From an uncultured Flavobacteriales bacterium (GTDB lineage: Bacteria > Bacteroidota > Bacteroidia > Flavobacteriales_F > PHOS-HE28): 64,000 nucleotides of DNA. Positions 1-10,584 of this stretch are shown here, in pieces. The number at the start of each line of letters is the position of its first letter. The first letter of the stretch is position 1. The notes under the pieces are model-generated. The model was given only the letters and a program-made list of their open reading frames with translations, was not told where the DNA came from and made no database searches. A program made the position numbers and the translations under genes. Location: positions 208,254-272,253 of the forward strand of contig CAVPLQ010000002.1 of the NCBI GenBank assembly GCA_963706125.1, in the 5' to 3' direction.

Positions 1-15
1 CGTAATTTGGCACCC

Positions 16-1161
16 ATGGAAACCCATCGGCTGCGCAACCTCCTGCATCCGGACCAGCTCCGCGAACGGCTGGGATCCGAGGGCAAGGCACGCACCACGC
101 TCAGCTTCTACCGATACGTGCGCCTTGCCGAAGTGGAGGCCCTGCGCCACGAGCTCTATGGCGAATGGGATACCCTTGGCGTTCTCGGCCGCATTTACAT
201 CTCACAGGAGGGTATCAATGCGCAGATCAGCCTGCCCACGACGAATTTGGATGCCTTCCGTTCAGCGTTGGATGCAAGTGAAGCCTTCCGCGACATGCCT
301 TGGAAGATCGCGGTGGAAGATGACGGAAAGAGTTTCCTGAAACTGAAGATCAAGGTGCGGAACAAGATCGTGGCCGACGGCCTCGCCGACGACGCCTTCG
401 ACGTGACGAACGTGGGCGAACACCTCGATGCGGAAAGCTTCAACCGGAAGCTTGAGGAAGGCGCGCTGGTGATCGACATGCGGAACAACTATGAATGCCT
501 CATCGGCCACTTCGAAGGCGCATACCTACCGAAAGCGGATACCTTCCGCGGAGCGATCGATGAGGTGACGGAAGTGATGAAGGGCAAGGAGGAGAAGGAA
601 GTCCTGCTGTATTGCACCGGCGGCATCCGCTGCGAAAAGGCCAGCGCCTACCTGAGGCATCACGGCTTCGCGAAGGTGAACCAGTTGCACGGCGGCATCA
701 TCGACTATGCGCGGCAGATCAAAGCCCAAGGACTGGAGAGCCGCTACAAGGGACAGAACTTCGTGTTCGATGAACGCCTTGCCGAGCGCATCACTGACGA
801 TGTGGTGAGCACTTGCATGCAATGCGGTACGGCTAGCGACCGCATAAGCAACTGCCAAGAAGCCACCTGCAACATGCTGCTGGTGCAGTGCGAAAGCTGC
901 GCCGAGAAATACGCGGATTGCTGCTCACCGAGCTGCCGCGAGATCCACCTGCTGCCGATCGAAGCACAACGCACATGGCGCAAAGGCCGCAGTACCCGCA
1001 GCACCAAGACCAAAGCGATCAATGACCCCGAAGGATTGCGACAGCGTATTCACGAAGAGGAAGAAATCCTTGCGAGGAACGGAACGCTTCATCAGGACCT
1101 GACGGAGATCAGTGTGAACTTGAGAGTAAACCCATCGCAGCAAATTGCAGATGGTGAATAG
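16..1161 (+). CDS. trhO: Rhodanese-related sulfurtransferase / oxygen-dependent tRNA uridine(34) hydroxylase (TrhO/YceA family)
   Basis: SFYRY, GRIYISQEGINAQ, D(M)RNNYE, YCTGGIRCEKAS, QLHGGII, FVFDER motifs and Cys-rich C-terminus; ATG at 16 preferred over TTG at 7. Confidence 0.9.
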   Translation: METHRLRNLLHPDQLRERLGSEGKARTTLSFYRYVRLAEVEALRHELYGEWDTLGVLGRIYISQEGINAQISLPTTNLDAFRSALDASEAFRDMPWKIAVEDDGKSFLKLKIKVRNKIVADGLADDAFDVTNVGEHLDAESFNRKLEEGALVIDMRNNYECLIGHFEGAYLPKADTFRGAIDEVTEVMKGKEEKEVLLYCTGGIRCEKASAYLRHHGFAKVNQLHGGIIDYARQIKAQGLESRYKGQNFVFDERLAERITDDVVSTCMQCGTASDRISNCQEATCNMLLVQCESCAEKYADCCSPSCREIHLLPIEAQRTWRKGRSTRSTKTKAINDPEGLRQRIHEEEEILARNGTLHQDLTEISVNLRVNPSQQIADGE

Positions 1162-1246
1162 TGGATGGTGATTGGTGATCAGAAAATGCAGTTATGTGCC
1201 TACCGGATCGCCCAAATCACTGATCACCATTCACTGATCACCCACT
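1151..1246. repeat. Inverted arrays of 7-nt tandem repeats (ATGGTGA-like left arm, TCACTGA/TCACCAT right arm)
   Basis: atggtga atagtgg atggtga ttggtga ... tcactga tcaccat tcactga tcaccca read directly; arms are near reverse complements. Confidence 0.7.
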
Positions 1247-1258
1247 AAACCGCGTAAC

Positions 1259-2416
1259 ATGCCTTTCTACCACACCCTCGGAAACATCCCGCACAAGCGG
1301 CACACCATCTTCAAGAACGGCAAGGACCGCTTCTACTACGAGCAGCTTTTCGGCACCGTCGGTTTCGACGGCATGAGCACGCTGCTCTACCATACGCATC
1401 GCCCCACACAGGTGAAGGAGATCGTCAGCGCCACGGACGTCACCCCGAAGGTCGCCATCGAGAAGAACCTGCGTTGCATGCGGCTTACCGGCTTCAACGT
1501 GGCACCGGAGAACGACCACCTCAAAGCGCGCAAAACGTTGCTGTTCAATAACGATGTTTCCATGGCCCTGGCCGCACCCAAGGCCCTGAAGGTGGACTAC
1601 TTCTATAAGAACGCGGACTGCGACGAGCTGATCTTCATCCACAAGGGAAGCGGCAAGTTGCGGAGCTTGGTCGGCACACTGGAATTCAAGTACGGCGACT
1701 ACTTGGTGATCCCGCGTGGCATGATCTACACGCTGGAGTTCGACAGCGCGGACAACCGCCACTTGGTGCTGGAGAGCCACCATCCGCTCTACACGCCGAA
1801 GCGCTACCGCAACTGGTTCGGCCAGATGTTGGAAAGCAGCCCCTTCTGCGAACGCGACATCCGCCGCCCCAAGGACCTCGAGACGCACGACGAGAAGGGC
1901 GAATTCCGTGTACGGGTGAAGAAGCAGAATGTGATCCACGAGTTCATCTATGCTACGCATCCCTTCGACGTGGTGGGCTGGGACGGCTACAACTACCCCT
2001 ACGCGCTCAGCATCCACGACTTCGAGCCGATCACCGGTCGCGTTCACCAGCCGCCGCCCGTCCACCAGACCTTCGAGACGAGCGCCTTCGTGGTGTGCAG
2101 CTTCTGCCCACGCCTATACGACTACCATCCGGAAGCCATCCCTGCGCCCTACAACCACAGCAACATCGATAGCGACGAGATCCTTTACTACGTGGACGGC
2201 GATTTCATGAGCCGGAACGACATCGATGCAGGGGACATCACTCTTCACGTCGCGGGCATTCCGCACGGCCCGCAACCCGGTGCCATGGAGCGTTCCATCG
2301 GCAAGACGAAGACGGATGAACTCGCCGTTATGCTGGATACCTTTAAGCCGTTGATGGTAACGGAAGAGGCGATGAAGATCGATGATGGCAAATACTGGAA
2401 ATCCTGGCTGGAGTGA
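1259..2416 (+). CDS. hmgA: Homogentisate 1,2-dioxygenase
   Basis: HPFDVVGWDG, PPPVHQTF, PYNHSNIDSDE, GIPHGP motifs; adjacent to hppD. Confidence 0.93.
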   Translation: MPFYHTLGNIPHKRHTIFKNGKDRFYYEQLFGTVGFDGMSTLLYHTHRPTQVKEIVSATDVTPKVAIEKNLRCMRLTGFNVAPENDHLKARKTLLFNNDVSMALAAPKALKVDYFYKNADCDELIFIHKGSGKLRSLVGTLEFKYGDYLVIPRGMIYTLEFDSADNRHLVLESHHPLYTPKRYRNWFGQMLESSPFCERDIRRPKDLETHDEKGEFRVRVKKQNVIHEFIYATHPFDVVGWDGYNYPYALSIHDFEPITGRVHQPPPVHQTFETSAFVVCSFCPRLYDYHPEAIPAPYNHSNIDSDEILYYVDGDFMSRNDIDAGDITLHVAGIPHGPQPGAMERSIGKTKTDELAVMLDTFKPLMVTEEAMKIDDGKYWKSWLE

Positions 2417-2448
2417 CCCATCGCTCCAGCATAAAACATGATACGACA

Positions 2449-3588
2449 ATGAGCATAACCAGCATCACTCCCGAACTCGAGAAGATCAACCCCGCAGCGG
2501 CTGACTTCCTCCCCCTTCTTGGCACCGACTACATCGAGTTCTACGTCGGGAACGCCAAGCAGGCCGCGCACTACTACAAGACCGCCTTCGGTTTCCAGAG
2601 CCTTGCCTACGCCGGTTTGGAGACCGGCGTGAAGGACCGCACCAGCTATGTGATCGTGCAGGACAAGATCCGCCTGGTGCTCACCACACCGCTCATGAAG
2701 GACAGCCCGATAAACGACCACCTGCGCCAGCACGGCGACGGCGTGAAGGTGATCGCCCTGTGGGTGGACGATGCGCGCAAAGCCTACGAGGAGACGATCA
2801 AACGCGGCGCCGTGAGTTTCATGGAACCCACCGTGGAGAAGGACGCCGACGGCGAAGTGGTGAAGAGCGGCATCAAGCTGTACGGCGACACGGTACACAT
2901 CTTCGTGGAGCGCAAGAATTACAACGGCACTTTCCTGCCGGGCTACAAGCCTTGGATGAGCGCCTACAACCCGCTGCCCACCGGCCTGAAATACGTGGAC
3001 CACATGGTGGCGAACGTGGGCTGGAACCAGATGAACAAGTGGGTGGAGTTCTACGAGAAGGTGATGGGCTTCGCAAACCTGCTGAGCTTCGACGACAAGG
3101 ACATCAGCACGGAGTACAGCGCGTTGATGAGCAAAGTGATGAGCAACGGCAACGGCCGCATCAAGTTCCCCATCAACGAGCCGGCCAAGGGCAAGAAGCG
3201 GAGCCAGGTGGAGGAATACCTCGATTTCTACAACGGCGAAGGCGTGCAGCACATCGCGGTGGCGACGGACGACATCGTAAAAACCGTGCGCGACTTGATG
3301 AGCCGTGGCGTGGAGTTCCTCAAAGTGCCCTCCAGCTACTACGAAGGACTACTGGAACGTACGGGGCCGATCGACGAGGACCTTGGCCCGCTCAGCGAGC
3401 TCGGCATTCTCGTGGACGTGGACGACGAGGGCTACCTGCTGCAACTCTTCAGCAAACCGGTGGAAGACCGCCCCACACTGTTCTACGAGATCATCCAGCG
3501 CAAGGGCGCGAAGAGTTTCGGGAAGGGCAACTTCAAGGCGCTGTTCGAGGCGATCGAGCGGGAGCAGGAGAGCCGGGGGACGCTCTGA
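2449..3588 (+). CDS. hppD: 4-hydroxyphenylpyruvate dioxygenase
   Basis: HGDGVK, DHMVANV, KFPINEP, GVQHIA, GYLLQLF, EIIQRKG, FGKGNFKALF motifs; ATG 2449 chosen within ORF 2413..3588. Confidence 0.95.
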   Translation: MSITSITPELEKINPAAADFLPLLGTDYIEFYVGNAKQAAHYYKTAFGFQSLAYAGLETGVKDRTSYVIVQDKIRLVLTTPLMKDSPINDHLRQHGDGVKVIALWVDDARKAYEETIKRGAVSFMEPTVEKDADGEVVKSGIKLYGDTVHIFVERKNYNGTFLPGYKPWMSAYNPLPTGLKYVDHMVANVGWNQMNKWVEFYEKVMGFANLLSFDDKDISTEYSALMSKVMSNGNGRIKFPINEPAKGKKRSQVEEYLDFYNGEGVQHIAVATDDIVKTVRDLMSRGVEFLKVPSSYYEGLLERTGPIDEDLGPLSELGILVDVDDEGYLLQLFSKPVEDRPTLFYEIIQRKGAKSFGKGNFKALFEAIEREQESRGTL

Positions 3589-3611
3589 TCAAGAACGACC
3601 AGGACAACGAA

Positions 3612-3644
3612 GAAGGGCGCTCGGCAATGAGCGCCCTTCCTTTT
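3612..3644 (+). terminator. Rho-independent terminator after hppD
   Basis: gaagggcgctc-ggcaat-gagcgcccttc stem followed by cTTTT. Confidence 0.8.
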
Positions 3645-3663
3645 ACTGCATTGTTCAGTTCAA

Positions 3664-4404
3664 CTAGCGAACAACGACCTTCCTCACCCAGCGCTTTCCA
3701 CCTTCCTTGACGGTCACTGCGTACATGCCGGTCGGCAGGTCACCGAGCGATAACGGGGATCCGTCCCAGTCCCGAACGATGCAGCTTCTTCCTGCGGCAT
3801 CGGAAACCCGGAGCTCCACCCGTTCTGAAGTGGCCATTGTGATCGACGTCCCGTTCGGGCCCTGTCTAACGACCATGGGGTCCATGCCTCCGGTTTCCTC
3901 GATACCGGTGCTAAGACAGCCGGTCACAAGAAGCTCGAACTGCCCCATGGTCATCACTTCGTTGCCATTCTCCATGGTGAGCGGACCGGAAACCTCACCG
4001 TTCGTGTATTCCAGCCAATACACTCCACAGACCGAAATGAGGTAATCTTCCGGTTGTTCCATGGTGCCTCCAGCTAGATCGGTGTGCTGGAGACCCCATA
4101 CGACGGTATCTCCTATCGACCAAGTATCGGCATAGGTCCGGCAAAGATTTCCGGTATCACCCCACACACGGACCGTGTCACCTGCATGCAATTGACCCGC
4201 GAATGCGTTCAGCACCAAGATATCCATGCCATGCGCTGTCGAGGACAACTTCACCCCAAGCACGACCGCATCCGGGATCCACCATTCGGGTTGCTCATAA
4301 GGCGGATCCAACGTACCACAGAACGTTTGAGGTCCAAAGCAGGAGCATGCCGCCATTGGAAGCACCTGTGACAAGGAAAACAGGAGAATGAATATGTTCC
4401 TCAT
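3664..4404 (-). CDS. Secreted protein with Cys-Ser-Cys N-terminus (TIMP/NTR-like) and T9SS type A C-terminal sorting domain
   Basis: Signal peptide ending PMAA then CSCFGPQTFC; C-terminus LPTGMYAVTVKEGGKRWVRKVVVR typical of type A CTD. Confidence 0.75.
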   Translation of the reverse strand: MRNIFILLFSLSQVLPMAACSCFGPQTFCGTLDPPYEQPEWWIPDAVVLGVKLSSTAHGMDILVLNAFAGQLHAGDTVRVWGDTGNLCRTYADTWSIGDTVVWGLQHTDLAGGTMEQPEDYLISVCGVYWLEYTNGEVSGPLTMENGNEVMTMGQFELLVTGCLSTGIEETGGMDPMVVRQGPNGTSITMATSERVELRVSDAAGRSCIVRDWDGSPLSLGDLPTGMYAVTVKEGGKRWVRKVVVR

Positions 4405-4672
4405 GGTGGTTGTGTTGTTCAGCAGGATCAGATCGAAACCCTCACCGTGTCATGTTATGGACGATGGTAAAGCGATAAAAGCTGCCTGTGCTGTTCCGGT
4501 CCGTTCATGTAAAGATCGGGCTTCCATCGGGAGGCACCTTTCCGGTCGCTCCACCCCGGTTCACATTTACCATCGCAACATGAAAAGGATGGTGCGTGGG
4601 AACCGGTTGTGGGCGGGCTGATCTGAGCGGTGTAAAATGACGGACATGCACTTCCAGGCTGTTCCACTGGTC

Positions 4673-4680
4673 TAACTTTG
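4673..4680 (+). promoter_or_regulatory. Bacteroidota sigma70 -7 element (TAnnTTTG)
   Basis: TAACTTTG, 4 nt upstream of the ATG at 4685. Confidence 0.55.
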
Positions 4681-4684
4681 CCGA

Positions 4685-5083
4685 ATGCACAACTCCGCGT
4701 TCTTCTTGTTGCTAGCGGCAGCATTTTTCACAGAGACCGGCTGCACTAAAGACCAGCCCGATGGCGATCATGCCGCCGACATCACTTTCCGCACGGACAG
4801 CGGCTACACTTGGCTGAACGATACAGTCCCGCTTTCGGATACGCTACACATCGGCATCTCCGTTTCAAAAGGCTCTGACAACCTCCGGTCCTTCTTCGTG
4901 GATGTGGCATACGACAGCGGCCCGCGCATCCGGCAGGACAGCGCGCCTGTGGACAGTGATCCGTTCACGTTCGAGAAAACGGTGATCACGCGCGATCAGG
5001 CCGGCACTGAAAAATGGTGGTTCTCCGTGGATGAATATGACGGCGACATCACGCAACGCCCGCTGACGTTGACTGTGCAGTAG
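4685..5083 (+). CDS. Hypothetical lipoprotein
   Basis: Hydrophobic N-terminus then TG-C-TKD lipobox-like site; 132 aa, beta-rich. Confidence 0.7.
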   Translation: MHNSAFFLLLAAAFFTETGCTKDQPDGDHAADITFRTDSGYTWLNDTVPLSDTLHIGISVSKGSDNLRSFFVDVAYDSGPRIRQDSAPVDSDPFTFEKTVITRDQAGTEKWWFSVDEYDGDITQRPLTLTVQ

Positions 5084-5124
5084 GCTTGGGAGCGCTTCGG
5101 TACATTCGCCGCAGTTTCAACCCC

Positions 5125-6898
<1,774 letters not shown>

Positions 6899-6910
6899 GT
6901 GAAAAGAGGG

Positions 6911-6970
6911 CCGCGGAGGCGCAGAGATGCGGAGAAGATCTAACCGCAGAGCGCGCAGAGTTCGCGGAGC
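6911..6970. repeat. Short CGC(A/G)GAG repeat cluster downstream of aspS
   Basis: cgcggag, cgcagag, tgcggag, cgcagag, cgcagag, cgcggag units at 8-9 nt spacing in two groups. Confidence 0.55.
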
Positions 6971-7060
6971 GAGCCAACTCACCCCGCGTAGTGCCACACT
7001 GAAGTGCTAGGACTTGATCACGAACCATTGATCATGGGGTGGCATATTACCTTTCCAGCG

Positions 7061-7537
7061 ATGAACGAACAGGACGAACGCTTTCTGCGCATGGCCATTG
7101 AGGCCTCACGCGCAGGCATGGAACGCGGGGATGGCGGCCCCTTCGGCTGCGTGGTGGTGAAGGACGGGCAAGTTGTGGGCACTGGGAACAACCGTGTCAC
7201 CAGCACCAACGACCCTACCGCCCATGCCGAAGTGGTGGCGATCCGTGACGCCTGCAAGAATCTCGGCGATTTTCAACTCACCGGCTGCGTGCTCTACACC
7301 AGTTGCGAACCTTGTCCCATGTGTCTCGGCGCGATCTACTGGGCGCGGCCGGACCGCATCGTGTTCGCCGCCACGCGTACGGACGCAGCCGAGGTGGGCT
7401 TTGACGACCAGCTGATCTACGACGAGTTGCCATTGCCGATCTCCGAGCGGCGTATTCCCACCCAGCAGGCCCTGCGGAATGAGGGCGTGGACGTCTTCAA
7501 GGCATGGGCGAAGTTGGCGGACAAGGTGCGTTACTGA
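7061..7537 (+). CDS. Nucleoside deaminase (guanine deaminase GuaD-like, cytidine deaminase fold)
   Basis: GGPFG, DPTAHAE, CEPCPMCLGAIYWA Zn motifs and GFDD; ATG 7061 chosen. Confidence 0.88.
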   Translation: MNEQDERFLRMAIEASRAGMERGDGGPFGCVVVKDGQVVGTGNNRVTSTNDPTAHAEVVAIRDACKNLGDFQLTGCVLYTSCEPCPMCLGAIYWARPDRIVFAATRTDAAEVGFDDQLIYDELPLPISERRIPTQQALRNEGVDVFKAWAKLADKVRY

Positions 7538-7572
7538 CCTTCTTGGGTTTGTCGGAGTCCTGAACCGTTCGG

Positions 7573-8412
7573 ATGAACTACAGGGTGGTGCTACTTGCAG
7601 GGCTGATGGCGTTGAGCGCCTCCGTGCGCATTTTTTCCCGGTACCATCGGCGAAAATTGACACCCGCTCAACGGCGCGTGATGACCACCTATGCCACTTA
7701 CTACGGGCGCTTGGATGCCGCCTCTAAGACCAGCTTTGAGCGGATCGTGGCCGACTTCGTGAACGGGAAGGAATGGCGAGGCTCGGGCATCACCGTGATG
7801 GACGAGATGAAGGTGATGATCGGTTCATGCGCAGCACAGCTGCTCCATGGTTTTCCTGAAGTGCGTTTGCGGCATTTCAAACACATTGCCGTAACGGCCG
7901 GCCCCTATCGCTCCGAGCGGAACGGTCGGCTGCACCTCGGCGAAGTGCGCCCCGGACCGGGCGTGATCCTCATATCCTGGAGCGACTTTGTAAAAGGCTA
8001 TACCGATCCGCGGAACGCCTACAACGTCGGGCTGCATGAGTTCGCGCACGCGCTGTGGTTCGAGAACGCCATAGAGAACGGTGAAGACGATTTCCTGGAT
8101 GGCGTAATGCTGCGGAAGTGGAATGCGCAGGCCCTGACGGAGATCTCCCGGATCAACGGGGAGAACGCTCACTTCTTTCGAAAATACGCCGGTTCCAATG
8201 CTGCGGAGTTCTTCGCCGTGGCCGTGGAGTATTTCTTCGAGCAGCCCAAAGCATTCAAGGTGGCATTGCCGGAATTGTACGGCACGCTCAGCGGTTTGCT
8301 TCGGCAGGACCCTGCGGATCTTCGATCGGAGGAACTGAGCGGCACGCCTCCATTCCGGGAAGCTGGCCCGGCATCCATCAGGGCCCAATTCGTGAGACCC
8401 TGTTGGAGCTGA
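7573..8412 (+). CDS. Zinc-dependent peptidase, MtfA/M90 family
   Basis: NVGLHEFAHAL (HExxH), YAGSNAAEFFAVAVEYFFEQP; N-terminal hydrophobic segment. Confidence 0.82.
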   Translation: MNYRVVLLAGLMALSASVRIFSRYHRRKLTPAQRRVMTTYATYYGRLDAASKTSFERIVADFVNGKEWRGSGITVMDEMKVMIGSCAAQLLHGFPEVRLRHFKHIAVTAGPYRSERNGRLHLGEVRPGPGVILISWSDFVKGYTDPRNAYNVGLHEFAHALWFENAIENGEDDFLDGVMLRKWNAQALTEISRINGENAHFFRKYAGSNAAEFFAVAVEYFFEQPKAFKVALPELYGTLSGLLRQDPADLRSEELSGTPPFREAGPASIRAQFVRPCWS

Positions 8413-8421
8413 TCTCCCCCG

Positions 8422-10584
8422 CTACAACTTCACGCTCACCTTTTCCGAATAGGGTGAATCCTCTCCGTGCGGATCGACCACCTGGATGAAGTACTGGTAT
8501 TCCGCACCTTGTTTAATGAGCGTATCGTGCCAGGTTCGTTGGTCGTTCCCCAGCATCTTCACGCGGTCGAAGGTGCCGCGGTCGTTGGAGCGCATCACCA
8601 CGAACAGCACGGCCTCTCGTTGGTCATACTCCCATTCCAGGTCCACGGTCTTCTGCCCGGCATTGTAACGGGCCTTCAATTTTTTCACGGTGGGCGTTCC
8701 GACCCGGCTCATCAACCGCAGCTTGAAACTGTTGGCCATGGGGCTCCACAGGCCGTCATCGTCGCGCGCCAAAACCGCATATTCGAATCGTCCTCCGTTG
8801 CCTTTGTCCTTCTCCACATACGTCGAATACAGTTCCGTCGCTGGCTCGTAGCGCTGGATGGTGTCCCAAGCGGACTCGCCCACCGGCCTGCGCAGCAACA
8901 CTTGCAACGCTACGTCCGCACTGCTGCTGTTGGCCCATTTGATCCAGATCCCTTGCTCGTCCACCTTGTAATCCACCAGCAAAGGGGAGACGGGTGCGTG
9001 CAGGTCCGGTCGCTTCAATTTCAGCTGTTGACTGGGCTTGCTGTTGTTCTTCACCACGTCCAACGCCACCACTTGATAGTACACATCCTCGGTAATGGTA
9101 GCCATCGTGATGGTGTCCGTAAAGGTGGTGTCGCGCACCGGGTAAGGCGTGATGCGCGCGCCCACATCGGTGGCGCCGTTGCGCAGGAACACGTAGTAGC
9201 CGTACAGGTCCACTTCCTTGCCGCGCTGCCAGTTCAAGGTGACCACCCCGTTCGTGTCCACCTTTCCCGTTAGCTCCGTAGGGGCGGCGGGTGCCACGCT
9301 GTCATTGATGGCGCCCCATGCGCCTATGCTGAGCCCGGTGTTCCCCGCCGTGTCCACCGCGACCACCAAGTAGTAATTGTGCGCATGTACCACCGGGTGT
9401 TTGTCCACGAATTTGCGCGTGCTTTTCGGTAGCGGTTTTTCGTTCAGCAGAACATGCTCGTCGCCGAACTCGTTGTTGGTACGCACCACATGGAAGCCCT
9501 TTAGGTCGGGCACGGTGTCGGTGTATGCCCAGGTCACCGTAAGCTCGTTCGCCACTTCCTCGGCCACGCGCACTGTGTTGGGTGAAGGCGGTGCGGTGGC
9601 ATCACGCGCCATGGCCTTTACGGTGTTGCTTGCCGGGCTTTCCATGCCGAAGGACGTGATGCCGACGACGCGGTAGGTCTGCGGCAAGTACATCCGGTCC
9701 ACACTGTCCGTGTAGGTAATGGAGTTCATGGTGCTGGGCAATTCCGCGTTGGTGAATGCGATAAAGGGCAGCTTGTTGCGCCGGGTGAACGTCCTGCCGC
9801 CGTCCGAGGAGCGCTCGACCCAGTAGGCCGTAAAAAGCTGATCGTGTTTCGCACGGTCCCAAGAGATCGAAATGGTGCGCTCCGCCCCTTTCGCCGCACG
9901 AATTTCGGGCCGTGGTATCACTTCCGCGCTGTCGGTGGAAACGAAGGCATAAGCGGTATCGATGGGATAGTTGCCGCTCTTGCTGTCCACCGAAATGCGA
10001 TACATGTAGCTGTGACCTTTCACGATATTCTTGTCCGCCAAGCCAAGCGCGCTGCCTACGGCGGCGGGCCAGCTCAGGTCTGCGGCGAGCAGGGCCAGGC
10101 CCATGCGCTCCTTCAGTTGCGCCGCCGCTTCCACCATGTCGGGGTTGAAGCCCACGTTCTCTGGCAGCAGGGCGGAATGGATCATCTCCCCTGCCATCAA
10201 GCCGTAGTTGTCATCCGGATATTCCTCGTGGTAGGCCCGCCAGCCGGGGATGCTCAAGGGCTTCAACACTTCCTGCGTCATCGGGGTGAACTTGGCAGAG
10301 GTATCGATGGCCTCATCGGTGAGCACGCCGAGGTCCAACCGTTCCACGCGGTAGCCCAGCAGGTTGGCGTTCATCCAGCCGCCGGGCGCATCGGGCAGCC
10401 AACGTAGGCGCACTTGCGTACCATCAAAGAATGCGGACGCTTCCAGGTGGGCGAAGAAATTCTCCTTCGCCGTCCGGTACTCCTTGTCCTGCTGGATCAT
10501 TTGCAGGCTGTCCAAATGCTGGGCCGAGGCGCTCAACGGCGCCAGGCTAATGAGGGCCAGTGCCCGAATAAGCAGGTGCTTCAT
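8422..10584 (-). CDS. Exported fibronectin type III repeat protein (720 aa)
   Basis: Signal peptide (SASA/Q); several FN3-like units (W...Y/F.V.R...Y.D...Y.V.A.D..N.S); no T9SS CTD. Confidence 0.85.
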   Translation of the reverse strand: MKHLLIRALALISLAPLSASAQHLDSLQMIQQDKEYRTAKENFFAHLEASAFFDGTQVRLRWLPDAPGGWMNANLLGYRVERLDLGVLTDEAIDTSAKFTPMTQEVLKPLSIPGWRAYHEEYPDDNYGLMAGEMIHSALLPENVGFNPDMVEAAAQLKERMGLALLAADLSWPAAVGSALGLADKNIVKGHSYMYRISVDSKSGNYPIDTAYAFVSTDSAEVIPRPEIRAAKGAERTISISWDRAKHDQLFTAYWVERSSDGGRTFTRRNKLPFIAFTNAELPSTMNSITYTDSVDRMYLPQTYRVVGITSFGMESPASNTVKAMARDATAPPSPNTVRVAEEVANELTVTWAYTDTVPDLKGFHVVRTNNEFGDEHVLLNEKPLPKSTRKFVDKHPVVHAHNYYLVVAVDTAGNTGLSIGAWGAINDSVAPAAPTELTGKVDTNGVVTLNWQRGKEVDLYGYYVFLRNGATDVGARITPYPVRDTTFTDTITMATITEDVYYQVVALDVVKNNSKPSQQLKLKRPDLHAPVSPLLVDYKVDEQGIWIKWANSSSADVALQVLLRRPVGESAWDTIQRYEPATELYSTYVEKDKGNGGRFEYAVLARDDDGLWSPMANSFKLRLMSRVGTPTVKKLKARYNAGQKTVDLEWEYDQREAVLFVVMRSNDRGTFDRVKMLGNDQRTWHDTLIKQGAEYQYFIQVVDPHGEDSPYSEKVSVKL

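Noticed and set aside
4440-4640. LytTR-like boxes upstream of the CSC protein
   Set aside because: Isolated ccgttcat/ccgctcag matches lack consistent spacing and orientation
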